From Podarcis bocagei (lineage: Eukaryota), in the NCBI GenBank assembly GCA_964188305.1, contig OZ076901.1: a stretch of DNA of 64,000 nt; one strand, 5' to 3'. Under the pieces are notes generated by a model, which did no database searches, was not told where the DNA came from, and saw only the letters and a list, made by a program, of their open reading frames with translations. Every line of letters begins with the position of its first letter. The first letter of the stretch is position 1. The translations under genes were made by a program, and so were the position numbers. This document shows, in pieces, positions 13,048 to 27,102 of this stretch.

Positions 13048-13572
13048 TACATTGCCTTGAGCTCCACAGAGGTAGATGGGATACGAGAAAGTGCTAAGAA
13101 GTTACTTCAACTGGAGCAGATATGGGATTCTGTAAGAAGGCTTTCATTTATTCATTTGTACTTTTTAAACTAGGCTCCTGCTCTAGAGACCACTTGTTCC
13201 ACGGTTTACTACTTGATGCTCTGAACTTCCCCCCCCCCTTTGCATATTTTACATAAGGAAACAATGAGGAGATCTCAAACCATGTAGCTTAACTGCTGTG
13301 TATGGGGTAACTTTCACACCTCTTTTTCTCTGTATGGTTTATATGGCTGGCTCTGAAAGATTCATTCAAGGATTTCCCCCCTGTAGTATTGCAGTCATCC
13401 TTCATTCTAACCTCCTTTCCTATGGTGGTGTTGACGGTGTGAGTACTGTTTAAAACGTTGACTTTCTCTGTATATTGCTACTTCCGCGGTTCTTTGGGGT
13501 TTTAAAAAACTAACTTTGACTGGGTCTCTCTGTCTTCTCCTTTCTGCATCCCACCTTACCCCCTTCTCCCAG

Positions 13573-13617
13573 ATCTTGCAGTATTCAAGGAGCGGCTGAG
13601 AGTGCTAACAGTAGGAG
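13573..13617 (+). CDS. OGDH: OGDH optional 45-nt insert exon
   Basis: cccag|AT CTT GCA...GGA G|gtatg; phase 1-1; (D)LAVFKERLRVLTVG, matching the recalled 15-aa mammalian insert. Confidence 0.9.
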
Positions 13618-15293
13618 GTATGCAAATAATGAGCGTCTAACCCCTTCTGGAGATTAGGACTCTCTGAATAGTTGACTCTGAGCATGTATAGTTTAGGTAA
13701 AGTTGCAGCTTGCCCCCATGTCAAACAGTGTTTGTTTTCTTCTCAGAGTGGTTTGGAATGTATGTGACCAAAGTGCTTCATCATCATCTTCCTCCCAAAT
13801 TACATACCTCTTTATTTAATTGAGTGGTAGCCATTTTTTCCTACTGTTTTTTTGCCATTGTTTGTTGTGTTGAGTACTGTCTTAATTGTTGTCACATGTT
13901 CATTAGAGCACTTACTCAAGTGCCTTTGATACTTAACCTTACTTGTGTGATTTAATATTATTTGGTGCACAAAAGTAAATGTTACATTTAAGTAGGTGCC
14001 AGACTTCTGGCAGTGACATTCAGGCATCTAAACAGCCAGGCTTGGTTATTTTTCTATCTTGCTAAGAGATTCCCATCTAATGGTAGTCTTATGCTGTGAG
14101 TTGGATACTTCAGTGTCCAATGCTTAATCATAATTTCCAAGTTACTGTTTTTTTATCCAGTTGAACAGAGCAAAATATTTCTAAAGAGAGATTAATCCCA
14201 CACTATGTGTGGTGCTTTCCGTTTCACAGCTAATCTGGGCTTCTTTCTGGCAGGCTGGTATGTTGCAATGCATATAGGTGACAATTAAGAAGTAAAGCAT
14301 ATTAAGAAAATGCTTCCTTGCTACATGCACAAGAATGAATATTTAGCTTTCCTGTTGTCACATGATACTGTATTCTTCTCCTAAATCAAACCTACTGTTG
14401 GCCTTGGTTTGGATTTGTCTCGGTAAAATCTCTGTAGATAAACAAATGGCTATCTCATTTATTGGGATCTAATGTCCCTAAACAGAAGACAACTTTAAAA
14501 AGTTATGACTATACCCAACTAAATGGGTGTTTTTTTAAAAACAAAACAAAAGACAAAAACCCTGGTCATACTCCCACAGTCTTTCCAACCATCAGAAATT
14601 TATGGAGTTAAATAAAAAAACAAAGGCTGGTTTGCTCCTGCAGCAGCCCTTTTGTGGATAGTATACCCTCGGTCCTTTCTCTCTCTCTCAGCGTTTGTAA
14701 CTTTAAAATCCCTGCTAATCACATTCTCCCTACTTCAGCATCTCTACTGGGATGGGAGATGCAGTGGTGAGTAACAGAATGACTTGCCTTACCCTAGCCT
14801 GATTCTGCATCCAGGGTAGCAAAATGATGTCCTTCGGGCTGAGGGTGTGTTCATGTCATATTTATGCTAATAATAATAAGCATTAAAATTACTTGATAGA
14901 TGCTTTTTTCTAATGGGTGAATTAGAAAAAAGCATCTATCTCATACCTCTTGATACATAGTATTAACAGGTCTATGCACTGAATTTCCAAACAGATGAGA
15001 ATTACTTCTAACAAGCAGGACTAACCTCACTCAGATGAATTTAAAGTCACTCTGAGATCTTCCCTTAATTTAAACCTTCACAATTTAAAAAAATGCTTCA
15101 GTTTTTACAACAAAGCAAAAGGGAGACCCAGAAAGCAGCTAGCACAATATGTTCTGACACAAGAACAATATTTGGTTTCCCCATGCAATTCCCACCCACC
15201 CCTTCTACGAAAGAGCTTATGCTGTGAACCAACAATGTAGATTTTAGAAACTAGCAAGTGCCAGACACAGGAATTAGACTTGGGTAATAAAGT

Positions 15294-15390
15294 ATGACCA
15301 AACTGCGGGAGGCAGTGGAAGACAGGAGTGCCTGGTGTGCTCTGGTCCATGGGGTCACGAAGAGTCGGACATGACTAAACAAACAACAAC
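15294..15390 (+). mobile_element. BovB LINE 3' end, 5'-truncated
   Basis: ggaggcagtggaagacaggagtgcctgg..gtccatggggtcacgaagagtcggacatgactaaac plus (caa)n tail; matches 49210-49306. Confidence 0.85.
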
Positions 15391-18001
15391 AATAAGGTAG
15401 GGGAATTACCCAAATCTTTCTCCTGAGGACAGAACTACACCTGATTCAGGTTGCCATCAATATGAAAGCAAAATTTCAAGTACTCCCTGACCTCTGTATC
15501 GTGTTTCAGCTGGAGTTGGGGGGGGGGGCGATCTCTTGACAGTGAACCTAATTAGGCCCACCATGCCTTCCCATTTGGTCCGCCAGGCATAATGAAGATA
15601 ACAGGCATTCCATTGGCATCATACCTCACATCATAAATGGTGTCTAGTACGGGGCAAGTAAAGCTGGATCAAAAAAAGGGGTGGAGCACCCAGCTGATCA
15701 GCACTGGGTGCAGTTATTTGCAAGGCACTTTGAAGCCCTGGCTGTCAGCTGATCACTGGAGCCCTAAAGTACAGTGCAGAACTCCCTTTCCAAGCAACAA
15801 CAATCAGCTGGTGGTACCTGCACAGCCAAAGTCCCAACAGTTCACTGGGATTGGCCCAGGGAGCTGGAGGAAGTAGCTTGGATTCAAAGCACTTCCTTCA
15901 CTGCTTTCTCAGAAGAGATGAAAAAATGCTCAATTTAAAAACTTGGTGTGTTTTTTTGTTTTTCTTTTCCCAGGGGAGCAATTTATATTCAAAGCACTGG
16001 AGGAAGTGCTTTGAATATAAACAGCTTTCTCTCCAAAGGAGGAAATGTTCCAATTATAGGAGCATTTTGCCCTCTGCAGATACTTCAAAGGGGTTCCCTG
16101 TAACCAACAATCAGTCAATTATCTGTTACCGTGACCTTCAGGCTTTGACAAGTGTCCGTCACCTCGTGCCATTATGAAGTCAGGTGGACCACCCACCTGT
16201 CCAAGTTTATTTGCAAGAGATGAGGAAGATAAGGAATTGCCAGAAGCAATTCCCGACCCCACCCCTAGTTTAGTCAGACTTGCCCCATTTTGTTTCCTTG
16301 CCCCCCTGGTGGGAGAGCAGCATGGGATACAGAGGACTAAACATGGCAGCAAGGAGTGAGAATTTGGCATATCATTTAAAGGTTCAGTAGCAACCCTTTA
16401 TCAAGCAGCATTGTAGCTCTGCCTGCTTCCAAGTCTATGTAATCTTCTACTGACAGATGAAGCAGAAGTGTCTGGTGGGAATTGATTGCTTTGCAATCGG
16501 CCTGATGCAGGAAGAAAAACGATGTAACGTGTACAGTCCTTTCTTTGAGCCCTTTAGGCCAGCTGCAGAAGCCCTTTCTTGTGTCTTGCCGCCGTCTGAA
16601 ATCTTGCTGGTGGTAGCAGGGAAAGGGCCTTGGTTACGTGGATCTCCCTGCTCCAAGAAAACCATCCATGCCTATTGCCAGTGGCCTTATGCCATCGTCT
16701 TGCAGCATTTTAGACAGGACATTAGTCTGTCCTTTGTTTGGCTTTTGTCTCCCCTTGGCTTCATGATGATTTTGCTGGCCTGTGAGCTTCTATTGTCTTA
16801 GGTTTAAGATGGTTCCTCTCTTTCAGTTTGTGTTTAACTGTTTTGGGTTAGTTGCATGTAGTGCTTACTTTAAGGTCAAAGGCGGAATAGACATTTCAAA
16901 ACACATAAAGGGCTGGATTCAGCTAATGAGTCCCATCAGTGGAAGCCCTGTGCTTGCTCTACGGGGCTTTACCCCTGTCCTCCCCTCGTTTCCCCTGGAA
17001 AGGGCTGGGGGGGGAGTATTAGGAGAACCCCCTGGAACAGCGTGCCTGGGGAGGAGATGCAGAATTGTTCTGTCTGGCAAGCTGAATTGCTTTCTGTTAC
17101 AAAACTCCTCCCAGAATAGTTTCTCATAGATACCAAGTAGATACCAAGGAGTTTTTCTTTAATGTTGAAAATGCTTGTCAAGTTGCTGTGCAAAATCTCC
17201 ACTTGGATTAGTTGGTGTATCTTTTTATAGACAACTTTCTGGCTCTCAGTTGTATGATCTTCAGATGAACACTCCTTAATTATTCCAGCAACTGATGCTG
17301 AAGTATTTTAATATTGGTAATAATAAGATACTTCTGGTCTGTGCTCCTGCACAGTAAACGTGAATAGTGGATGCTTAAATGTATTGCTGAGAGAGAATTT
17401 TGAGATTTTGTGAAAGCAAAACCTTTGTGAGGCCTGTGAAGAGCATTGTTTGCAGAGTCCAGTTAATTCTCAAATCTTTGTTCCATGGAGTGAGCTATTC
17501 AGGAGAGTCCTACACAGAACCCTAAAACTGATACATAATCATGCTGCTTTTCTACTTTTTGGTTCTGGGAGCTGGGCCTTTAACTCTTTTATTTCCTGCT
17601 TCATTTTACTTTTAATTTTAAATATGTGGTGAAATGTGGTGACAATGTATTTTTGCAATACTTTTTTTGTCTTTAACATCCAAAAAAATGTGTGAATGTG
17701 GGTCTAAAATTCTTATTGATTCCTCCCCTGGATTTAATTACCAATTTTAACGGCAAGTATATTACCTGTGTTTACACCCTCCGTGCCTTTTACGGTAACC
17801 TTTTTTGTTCTTGCTTACCTGTTCATCATTTTAATTGCTGCCTTTTTTTTCCTTCATACAAACCTCCTTCATGCTTATTTTGTGCTGCTTTCTTGTCCCT
17901 CCTCTCCTTCACCAAAACCTGGTTCCTGTGCTGCGGCTGTCTGCATTGAACGCCTCTTCCCACTCCTTTTTTGCCTTCTCCTACCCATGAAAATTCTGCA
18001 G

Positions 18002-18117
18002 GGTTTTATGGCCTGGACGAATCGGACCTCGACAAGGTTTTTCACTTGCCCACTACCACTTTCATTGGAGGAAAAGAATCTGCTCTCCCTCTTCGGGAAA
18101 TCATCCGCCGTTTAGAG
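18002..18117 (+). CDS. OGDH: OGDH exon (116 nt)
   Basis: ctgcag|..|gtaag; [39 protein letters not shown]. Confidence 0.97.
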
Positions 18118-18544
18118 GTAAGAGACCTGCACAGGGTGCAGGAGCCCTGGAGAGTCAGCACTGTTCAGAAGTTGTCACTTTTCTTCCTTCCCTACCCCAG
18201 TGTATACATAACAAGGCAAGGTACAGGCTTTAGAATTGTGCCTTTCCTCTCTTCCTTTCATAAGCTATAAAAACACTGCTCCCCACCAAGCCACGCTGAA
18301 TTCAGCACACAATCTTCACTCCCTCTTCTACATGCCGAGAGTGGATAAAAAATTAGCCAAAGATCAACTCCCCAACTCACTGTGCATAGCTTTCGCAAGG
18401 TGGAGTGATGTCCAAACAGTGCTCTAATCAGAAACAAAGCAATTTATCCCAAATAATTTCCTCTGTAATAGTTACACTTGGTCGGTCTGCTTTTTAACAT
18501 GGTGCTAACATTGTAGTCCAGAAGCTAATCTTCACACTGGGCAA

Positions 18545-18618
18545 AAGATTCCTGCGTTACAGGGAGTTGGACTAGATGACTCTCGTGGTCACTTCCAACT
18601 CTACAACTCTATGATTCC
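18545..18618 (+). mobile_element. CR1-type 3' tail fragment
   Basis: gttggactagatgac..ttccaactctacaactctatgattc. Confidence 0.65.
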
Positions 18619-18738
18619 ATGCCAGAAAAGGTATCCCATTACACACTTGTGTGACAAAATAAACGCTGGCACCTTATTTCCCAAGTGACATCACACCTAC
18701 ATTTCCAGTTGGTATTAACTTTGTGTAGGAAAGAGAGC

Positions 18739-18955
18739 CACTGTGGGGTAATGATTAGATTATTGGACAAGGTCATGGAAGACCAAGGTTCAAATCCCTG
18801 CTCAGCCATGAAGCTCACTGAGTGATGTTGGGCCAGTCACAGTCTTGGCCTAAGTGACCTCATATGGTTGCTTTTGAGGTGGGTGGGAATAGAGAGGGGA
18901 AGTACCATTATGCCACATTGAACTCCTTGGAAGAGAGGTGAGATATAAATGAAAT
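18739..18955 (+). mobile_element. Old tRNA-derived SINE (MIR/L2-like)
   Basis: tgtggggtaatg..ggttcaaatccctgctcagccatgaagctcactg; relatives near 21060, 23575 and 58030. Confidence 0.55.
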
Positions 18956-19536
18956 AATTAAACAAACAAACCTACTGTTTGAATCTTCTGCCTTAACTGA
19001 TCTGTACTACTCCCTAGTGGCAGCTGGTAAACGTGAGTTCTCAAAGCAATTTTTTTTCCTTTGCAATGTCCAAAAGCAGTACTATTATCATTAGAAGCAA
19101 TAATAGAATCCTAGAATTGTAGAGTCAGAAGGAACCCAGAGGACCATCTGGTCCAACCCCTTACAAAGCAGAAATGCTACCATTGGCCATTACGAGTGAA
19201 GAAGCAAGTGTTTCCATGAAGGATGGCAAGCTGGTCCTGTAAGCAATTTGCGGCAGACCCCTTCATAGGTGGTGAAATAGCTGCCTGTGGTGTTTCCGTT
19301 GCCGATGTGCTACTTCAGAAATTGCAAGAGGAGTCTTCAGCGGGAGCTGCCTCTTGTTGGAATATTGTGGAAGCCCATGTTGATACCTTTCTACACTGTA
19401 GTCTGAAATGTAAAGTACATTTTTAAAGTCTGTATGAATTCTCCTTAGAGATGTTAGCATTGTGTGTGAGGATTTGGGCAGATAAGACGCTGTGGCAAAT
19501 AACCTGTCCCCAGAGAAACTATATTAGGGTAATATA

Positions 19537-19851
19537 CAGTGGTGCCCCGCAAGACGAACGCCTCGCAAGACGGAAAACTCGCTAGACGAAAGAGTTTTCC
19601 GTTTTGGAGGTGCTTCGCAAAACGAATTTCCTATGGGCTTGCTTCGAAAGACGAAAATGTCTTGCGAGTTCCTGCAGGTTTTTTTTCCTTCCCCCCTTTT
19701 TCTGAGCCACTAAGCCGCTTATCAGCTGATCCGATAAGCCGATAAACCGCTAATCCGCTAATCCTTCAAAGGGCTTGCTTCGCAAGATGAAAAAACCGCT
19801 AGACGAAGAGAATCACAGAACGGATTCTTTTCGTCCTGCGAGGCACCACTG
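19537..19851. mobile_element. Tigger/pogo-like MITE, copy 2 (315 bp)
   Basis: TA|cagtggtgccccgcaagacg...cctgcgaggcaccactg|TA. Confidence 0.9.
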
Positions 19852-21366
19852 TACTGCAGAGGGATAAGGTATTTGACCCTGGTGCTCTGGCAGCTTCAAA
19901 AAGGCAGTGAAATAGAAGATAAAATGTGGTTATCCAATGGGAAAAATGTGAGAACACCAGTCCTTCTGGATGTTGCAACCACAGAAACTACTGTGCTCTG
20001 TAAACTATGAACATATGAAAGCTTAACATTTTAATGGTCATTCTTGATGAAAGAGCATTTCTTACGCCTGTTTTCTGGCAGTCATACAGATTTTTTCCCT
20101 TGCCAGTGTGGCTGCCTCTTGCTCAGCACAGCAAACGAACAGCTGCTGCTGACTCTTGAAAGGGGAAGAGATGGGAAGGAGAAGAAAAACCTCAAGGACA
20201 GGAGCACTCTTTTCCTGTCTCTGTCTTCTGTAACTGTGTTGTGCAGAATAAAGGCAGCCACTCAGCTTCCTCACCCGCCGTGGCTTCTCTTGTCCATCTT
20301 AACTCCTCAAAATGTGTCTCCTTTTATTCTGGGCTTCAGGGTTATCTTTCCACTCAGTAAGCAGGTTATAATTTGCATACTTCATATGGCAACACCACTT
20401 CCTAGTGAAGAAAATGCAACCTTGGTGTCCTCTGCCTACATTAGTTCTGTGTCATGACTATGCCTAAAAATAATTTCCAACAAGGCTGTGCAAAGGTCAG
20501 TCTTGCCAACACTTGCCAGACATTCCTTTGCTCTTCTGCTTGCATCTCCTGCCAGTTCCCTGCATTGGTATTAAAATTTGAACATAACCGATTCAAAAAG
20601 TAGCTAGTGCAGTCACTTAGGTTATGTCTTACCTTTCTGAGTTTCAAACATCTACCTTCAGGGATCATTTTAGCACTTCATCTGTGCATTGCAAAGGATT
20701 CTGGGGCACATTTTAAGGTGCATAGGTTACTGGCCAGCCCTCTTTTGTCTTACTGCTGCTGCATGTGAATGTAAACTACATTCCCCTGTAGCTACACATT
20801 TCAAAGACAGATTATTAGTGGTAATCAAGCTGTTGTTTTCAAGGAGGTTTGTCTGCCATTATTAATCATCTTATTGAGGAGCCCTTGATAAGTTTCCAAG
20901 TTTTGAAAAATGCTAGCTTATTTGAAGACCTTAGATGTTCAACTTCTGTTTTTCCAGTCCCAGATTTGAATGAAACTGCACAGTCTTCATGTGCCTGATT
21001 GTGACTGTTTCAGGAAAGTATATCTTATTCAAATTAATGAAACCGGCAAGTTCCAGAGCCGGTGGGGTGCAGTATAAGATTTGGATTGTCAAGACCTCAG
21101 CTCAGATCCTAAGTCATCTATGAAGCATCACTGGACAATCTTCTGCCGCTCCCTTGGTGTAGTGTACCTTACTGAATGGTTATGATGGTAAAATGGAATT
21201 ACCCATTATGCACTGCCCCAAGTTCTTTAGAAGAAAAGAAGGATAAATGAATAAAACATAATTATTTGATGATATATAGTTGTTCAAAAAGTACTTTTAA
21301 TCTGTGCTGTGAGATGCTCAACTCTTTTGCTTTATTTTGTGTTGAAACTTTTTTTGTGTTTAATAG

Positions 21367-21521
21367 ATGGCCTATTGCCAGCACATTGGTGTAGAATTCA
21401 TGTTCATTAATGATCTGGAGCAGTGCCAATGGATAAGGCAGAAATTTGAAACTCCTGGTGTCATGCAGTTCACTAACGAGGAGAAGCGCACCCTGCTGGC
21501 TAGACTAGTCCGGTCGACCAG
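21367..21521 (+). CDS. OGDH: OGDH exon (155 nt)
   Basis: aatag|ATG..ACC AG|gtac; [35 protein letters not shown]. Confidence 0.97.
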
Positions 21522-21575
21522 GTACTTGCATTTCTTTAACTTCCCTGATTTGTAGGGTTTTGTTTTGGGGTTGTT

Positions 21576-21580
<5 letters not shown>

Positions 21581-21620
<40 letters not shown>
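21581..21620. repeat. (GT)20 microsatellite
   Basis: Pure GT run. Confidence 0.98.
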
Positions 21621-21623
<3 letters not shown>

Positions 21624-23171
21624 GGTCGAGTCTCTTAGGTCTCTCAGGGTTCAAGTTTCATGGCAGTGGACAAGCGGCCTACAAGCATAGATTCACAGCC
21701 CAGAAGGACCAAATGGTTCAAGAACTGATTGACATTCTCAACAAAAATAGATGCACACATATGGTTCTAACCCAGTGTTTTTCAACCAGTGTGCTGTGGC
21801 ACCCTGGGGTGCCTTGAATGATGGTCAGGGGTGCCGTGGGTCAACACTGGCCTCTATCCCTCTTTCCTTTCCTACTTCCTCTGATGCCCTCTTGCATCTC
21901 TGCCTCCCCAAGGCTTGCACAGCTGTTTGTTGCAGCAGCCCTGGCTACAAGCTCCCCTGGTGAATGGTGCCTCTGGGGCTGGTCAGGGGGCGTGCTGGTT
22001 GCCAGGAGCTGAGGCAGCAAGCAAGTGGGTGAGGGAGGCCAGTCTGCCAGCCCTTGCTGTTGAGAATGGACAGACAAGTCCCAGGGCCCTGTGGGGCAGT
22101 GTGAGGAGACACCATTCATTGTGGTGGGGGGTAGAGGCTGCCCAGAGGACTCCCAAGGAGAGGAGAGGATTTATCATCTCCTCCAATGCAATTTAAGTGA
22201 GGTTTTTGTTTTCTAAGCTAAGCTTTCTCTCTGGCATGTACATGTTCCTTGACTATATTTTTCCAGCTAAAGCTGCAGTCAGGAGTGGTGTTATCCTCTC
22301 CATCCTACCGCAGTTATACAGGATGTATTTTTTTGTGCTAACGGCACTGAATGTAGGCCATCATTAGTATGGCATGAAGGGAAAAGTCTGCTCTTCATTT
22401 AGGAAAGACCTTGCGTGTTGGCTCTCCTCACTTTTCTCTGCTTACTCACATCTTTGACCTAATTTTACATTGAGAATAACTGTATGTAACCTCAGATCAC
22501 ACATGTTCTGAAACACCCTGAGATCTACAGGTATAGGGCAGTATACAAATTCAGTAAATAATAGTAATGTGTATGTATGTCATAATCTAGTTGCATGGCT
22601 TCTTCTGCTATCTCTCTAGAGATGACTTGCAAAACTATTCTCCTGAATCTTTATCATTTCCTCTTCATCTTCCCGTCCCCCCTGCCACCTCCTGTTTCTG
22701 AGAGATTTGAGAGATCTGGAAAGATATGACCATGATTTAGCACTGGGTTTTAACTCTTCCCTTTCTTTTGAATAATGCAACTCATTATGTTGCTATTTCC
22801 TCTACAGCTCTTGAGCAATGCTTATTATGCCTGTAAGTTTAATGCAATTGAAGTTCTTCAGCCAATAACTACTACCGATGTTCCAACTCCTGTTTGTGTC
22901 CACATCCGCAATGCTTTAGATTGAGGAGGAGGAGGGAGTTATAGGAAAGTTCTCCACATGCATCTTTCACCTCTGTTGTCTCTGATGTCCAGCTTGTGAG
23001 GGAAAACAGTGGGAAGGGTTAACTGCCAGAACATCCCATGCAGAGCCAGTGGGTCATGGTGCAGAGATAAATTCCTGTCAGAATCACTTCCTTCTTGGAG
23101 CTTTTGAGTCATTCTAGTTGGTTGTGTGGCAATTCTTGTCGGACAAATGACGTATATCTTCTGTTTTCCAG

Positions 23172-23318
23172 ATTTGAAGAGTTCCTGCATAGGAAATGGT
23201 CATCTGAGAAGCGATTTGGTTTGGAAGGCTGTGAGGTGCTGATCCCCGCCTTAAAGACAATAATTGACAAGTCTAGCCAAAAAGGAGTGGATTATGTCAT
23301 CATGGGGATGCCTCATAG
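23172..23318 (+). CDS. OGDH: OGDH exon (147 nt)
   Basis: ttccag|..|gtaac; [26 protein letters not shown]. Confidence 0.97.
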
Positions 23319-23885
23319 GTAACTTCATCCTCACAGAAAGCTGATTATCGGAAGAGAGTTCTAAGAGTGCTGAAGATACACTGGCTAGAAAGTTGTACTT
23401 TAATTTGAGAGGCCTGAACTGATACCTCATCTCTGCTATGGCCTTATTTAATTTTATTTATATGTTGGGCAAGTCTTTCTTCTCTCAGCTCGGTGTCCCA
23501 CTTTTAAAATGACTGGTATTTTTATATCTGACAGACATGTTGTGAAGACAGACACAGAAATTGTGAAGTGTAGTGCAGTCCTCAGCCATGAAACTCACTG
23601 GGTGGCCTAGGGCTGATCATCACCTCACAGGGTTGTTGTGAAGATGGAACAGGGAGGGATAGAAGCTTGTGTGTCCCTTTGAGGTTCCTGTAGGAAAAGT
23701 GAGATATGACTTTCATTCATAATGAATGAATAAAAGTGTCACATGAACTGTAATTAGTAGTGGTAGATGTTTATATAAACAAGAAGTGTTGCAATCTTTT
23801 TTTTTTTTTTTACTTTGAGGGAAGGTGTGTCAGAATGAGTCAAATAATCTTGTTTCCAAGACAAGTCTGCACAGTTTTTTGCTAA

Positions 23886-24020
<135 letters not shown>

Positions 24021-24747
24021 TGAATTGTCTCCTCCTACTCCACTCCATGGGGAGATAATGATTAGTTAGCTTTGAAAGCAGAAGCAACAGCACTGTACCC
24101 GTTTTCCCCTCCAAACATCCTCTCTTAGGATGGATCTAGACACATAAAAATGTGTTACAGGAAAACGCGTTCTAAATCTCGTAATGGAAAATCACATTGC
24201 CGAAGGACCAAACTCTACAGTGCCATCTGGTGTTGCATGTCTATAACACAGTTATAACAATATAATTGCCGGAATGTAGCTGAGTCATGTGGGATTTTAA
24301 AAGCTTGCCTTCCAGTATTTTTGTTACTTGTTCAGTGAGGCCAGCTTGGCTACAGCTTTTCTACAGTGTTGAAGTTATATGCAACTTTTTTACACAGCAC
24401 AGAATGTCATTTCCGTTGTGACTGAATGTCATTAGTGAATTTTTCAGTTCTCTGAACCTGGCCTTTCATAGAACTTGAGCTTCCAGAGTAGATAATACAG
24501 GTTATGATCCAGTAGTACTACTGCTGCCTTGTTCTGAGCAGTGGTGGCTTTATTAAAGTGAGCCTTGTGAGATACCAAGCACTTCTCAGGTAACCTTGGA
24601 TAATACCGAATGTAACCATGTTACATGATTATTGATTCCTAGCAGCCACTCGTACAGGTATCTGCATATAAGGTAATAGTGCTGAAATCTCATTCTGGAT
24701 AGATTCCTTCTTGATAGTTGCAAAAGCTCATCAATTTGAACAGAGGT

Positions 24748-24797
24748 GAAGGAAGGAAGGAAGGAAGGAAGGAAGGAAGGAAGGAAGGAAGGAAGGA
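24748..24797. repeat. (GAAG)n microsatellite
   Basis: About 12 tandem GAAG units. Confidence 0.95.
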
Positions 24798-25028
24798 GGA
24801 AAGAAGGAAAGAAAGTCTAATCAGCACCATTCATTCCCTGTTCTGTGTTTGAGTTCTGGCCGTCTCTATGATAGATCTGAATGAGCACTCCATGCACCTT
24901 GAACTTCCAGTTCATTCCCTCCTAAAGAACTCAAACCACAAATATTTTGCAACCAAACATGAGGCCCTGAAAACTGACAGCATCAAAGGCCCAGGCTACT
25001 TAATCTGTTTTACTCTCTCTCTCCTCAG

Positions 25029-25208
25029 GGCTCAGGGGATGTAAAGTATCATTTGGGAATGTACCATCGGAGGATTAATCGTGTCACTGACCGAACCATC
25101 ACCCTTTCACTGGTTGCAAATCCATCTCACTTGGAGGCTTCTAATCCTGTAGTTCAGGGCAAGACAAAGGCAGAACAGTTTTATTGTGGGGACACCGAAG
25201 GGAAGAAA
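25029..25208 (+). CDS. OGDH: OGDH exon (180 nt)
   Basis: ctcag|..|gtaag; [25 protein letters not shown]. Confidence 0.97.
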
Positions 25209-25265
25209 GTAAGTTGGTCCTTTTCAGTTGTACGTGTATGGGTGGACAAAATGGAAAAACTTTGA

Positions 25266-25640
<375 letters not shown>

Positions 25641-26829
25641 TGATCTTGTGAACTTGATCGTGTGCATTTATAGTAGAAGCTGGGTGATGCTGTTATGTAC
25701 TGAAACTGAATCAGATTTCTCTTCCTTCCAAAATGTATGGGAAAACATCTTGAAAGGCCATGCCCGCTTCACAGATTGCTGCTGGCTGAGCTATAACAGT
25801 TCACAACCAACGCACTGGCTTTTCATAATTGAGCTAATTCATTGAGAAAATGGTTTGGCTCGTCTTATTCATGCTAGCTTTCCTGGATCTTGGCAGAACT
25901 GAGTGTAGAAGACTTTCTGGGCTCCTGGCAGTCTTGATGAAATGAATCTACTTTTGTCTCACCTGTGGAAACTCTTTGAAAAGTAAAACTCTTCAAAAAG
26001 AGACTAGTTGGTTTTTCTCTTGTTCCTTACCTCAGATTTGTCAAATGAACATTTGAAATTGAAGTCCAGGATATAGCTAAGCTTTTCTGTTAAGCAGCAA
26101 GAATTCACTGTTTCTTTCTTTACCATTAACCTTAAAATAAAAGCAGCTAAATTATTGCACAGTTGAGATTGAAGCCAATACATCAGTACTTCAGCCGTGC
26201 CTAATGAAGACCATTTTTTTAGTGGTTAGACGAGAGAACTAGGAGTGACTTAAATAAAATGAACTAGATTTCATCTTGGACTTCCTAAGGCATCTTAATG
26301 CTGATGATTCCAAAACATGCTAGTAGATAGGGTCTTCCAGTAAAATGATCTTGTTCCACTGTTAAAGAGGAAGGTCATCGCTGACCAGTTTGGTTTTGGG
26401 GGGGAGGGAAGCCTTTACTGAATAGAGACACATAGGAATTCATCAGTTAGCAGCCATGAGAAGCTACAGTAGGCATGAAAAATAGAGGGGCTACTATCTA
26501 AGATGCTCCTTCCACAGTTATCTTTAGCAACTGAGTCCCGTCCCCCCCCCCCAGTTTCTCAGTGTTCTGCCAGACCCTTACAGATTTGCTTGAAGTAGCC
26601 TTAATTGTACGCAAAGAAAACAAATGCTGATTACAACTTTTTGAAGTTTTTGAATGAAAAAAAACATGGTGTGCAAACATTCATTCTATTTTATTTATAT
26701 GCCGCTTTTCACTTACAGGAGTCAAAAAGCGGCTTACATTCAATAAATAATATAGTAGAACATCACAGTTGCAACAAATTATATAAAACAGTTGACAAAT
26801 CAATAGTAAAAAAAACAACCCACCTATAA

Positions 26830-27102
<273 letters not shown>

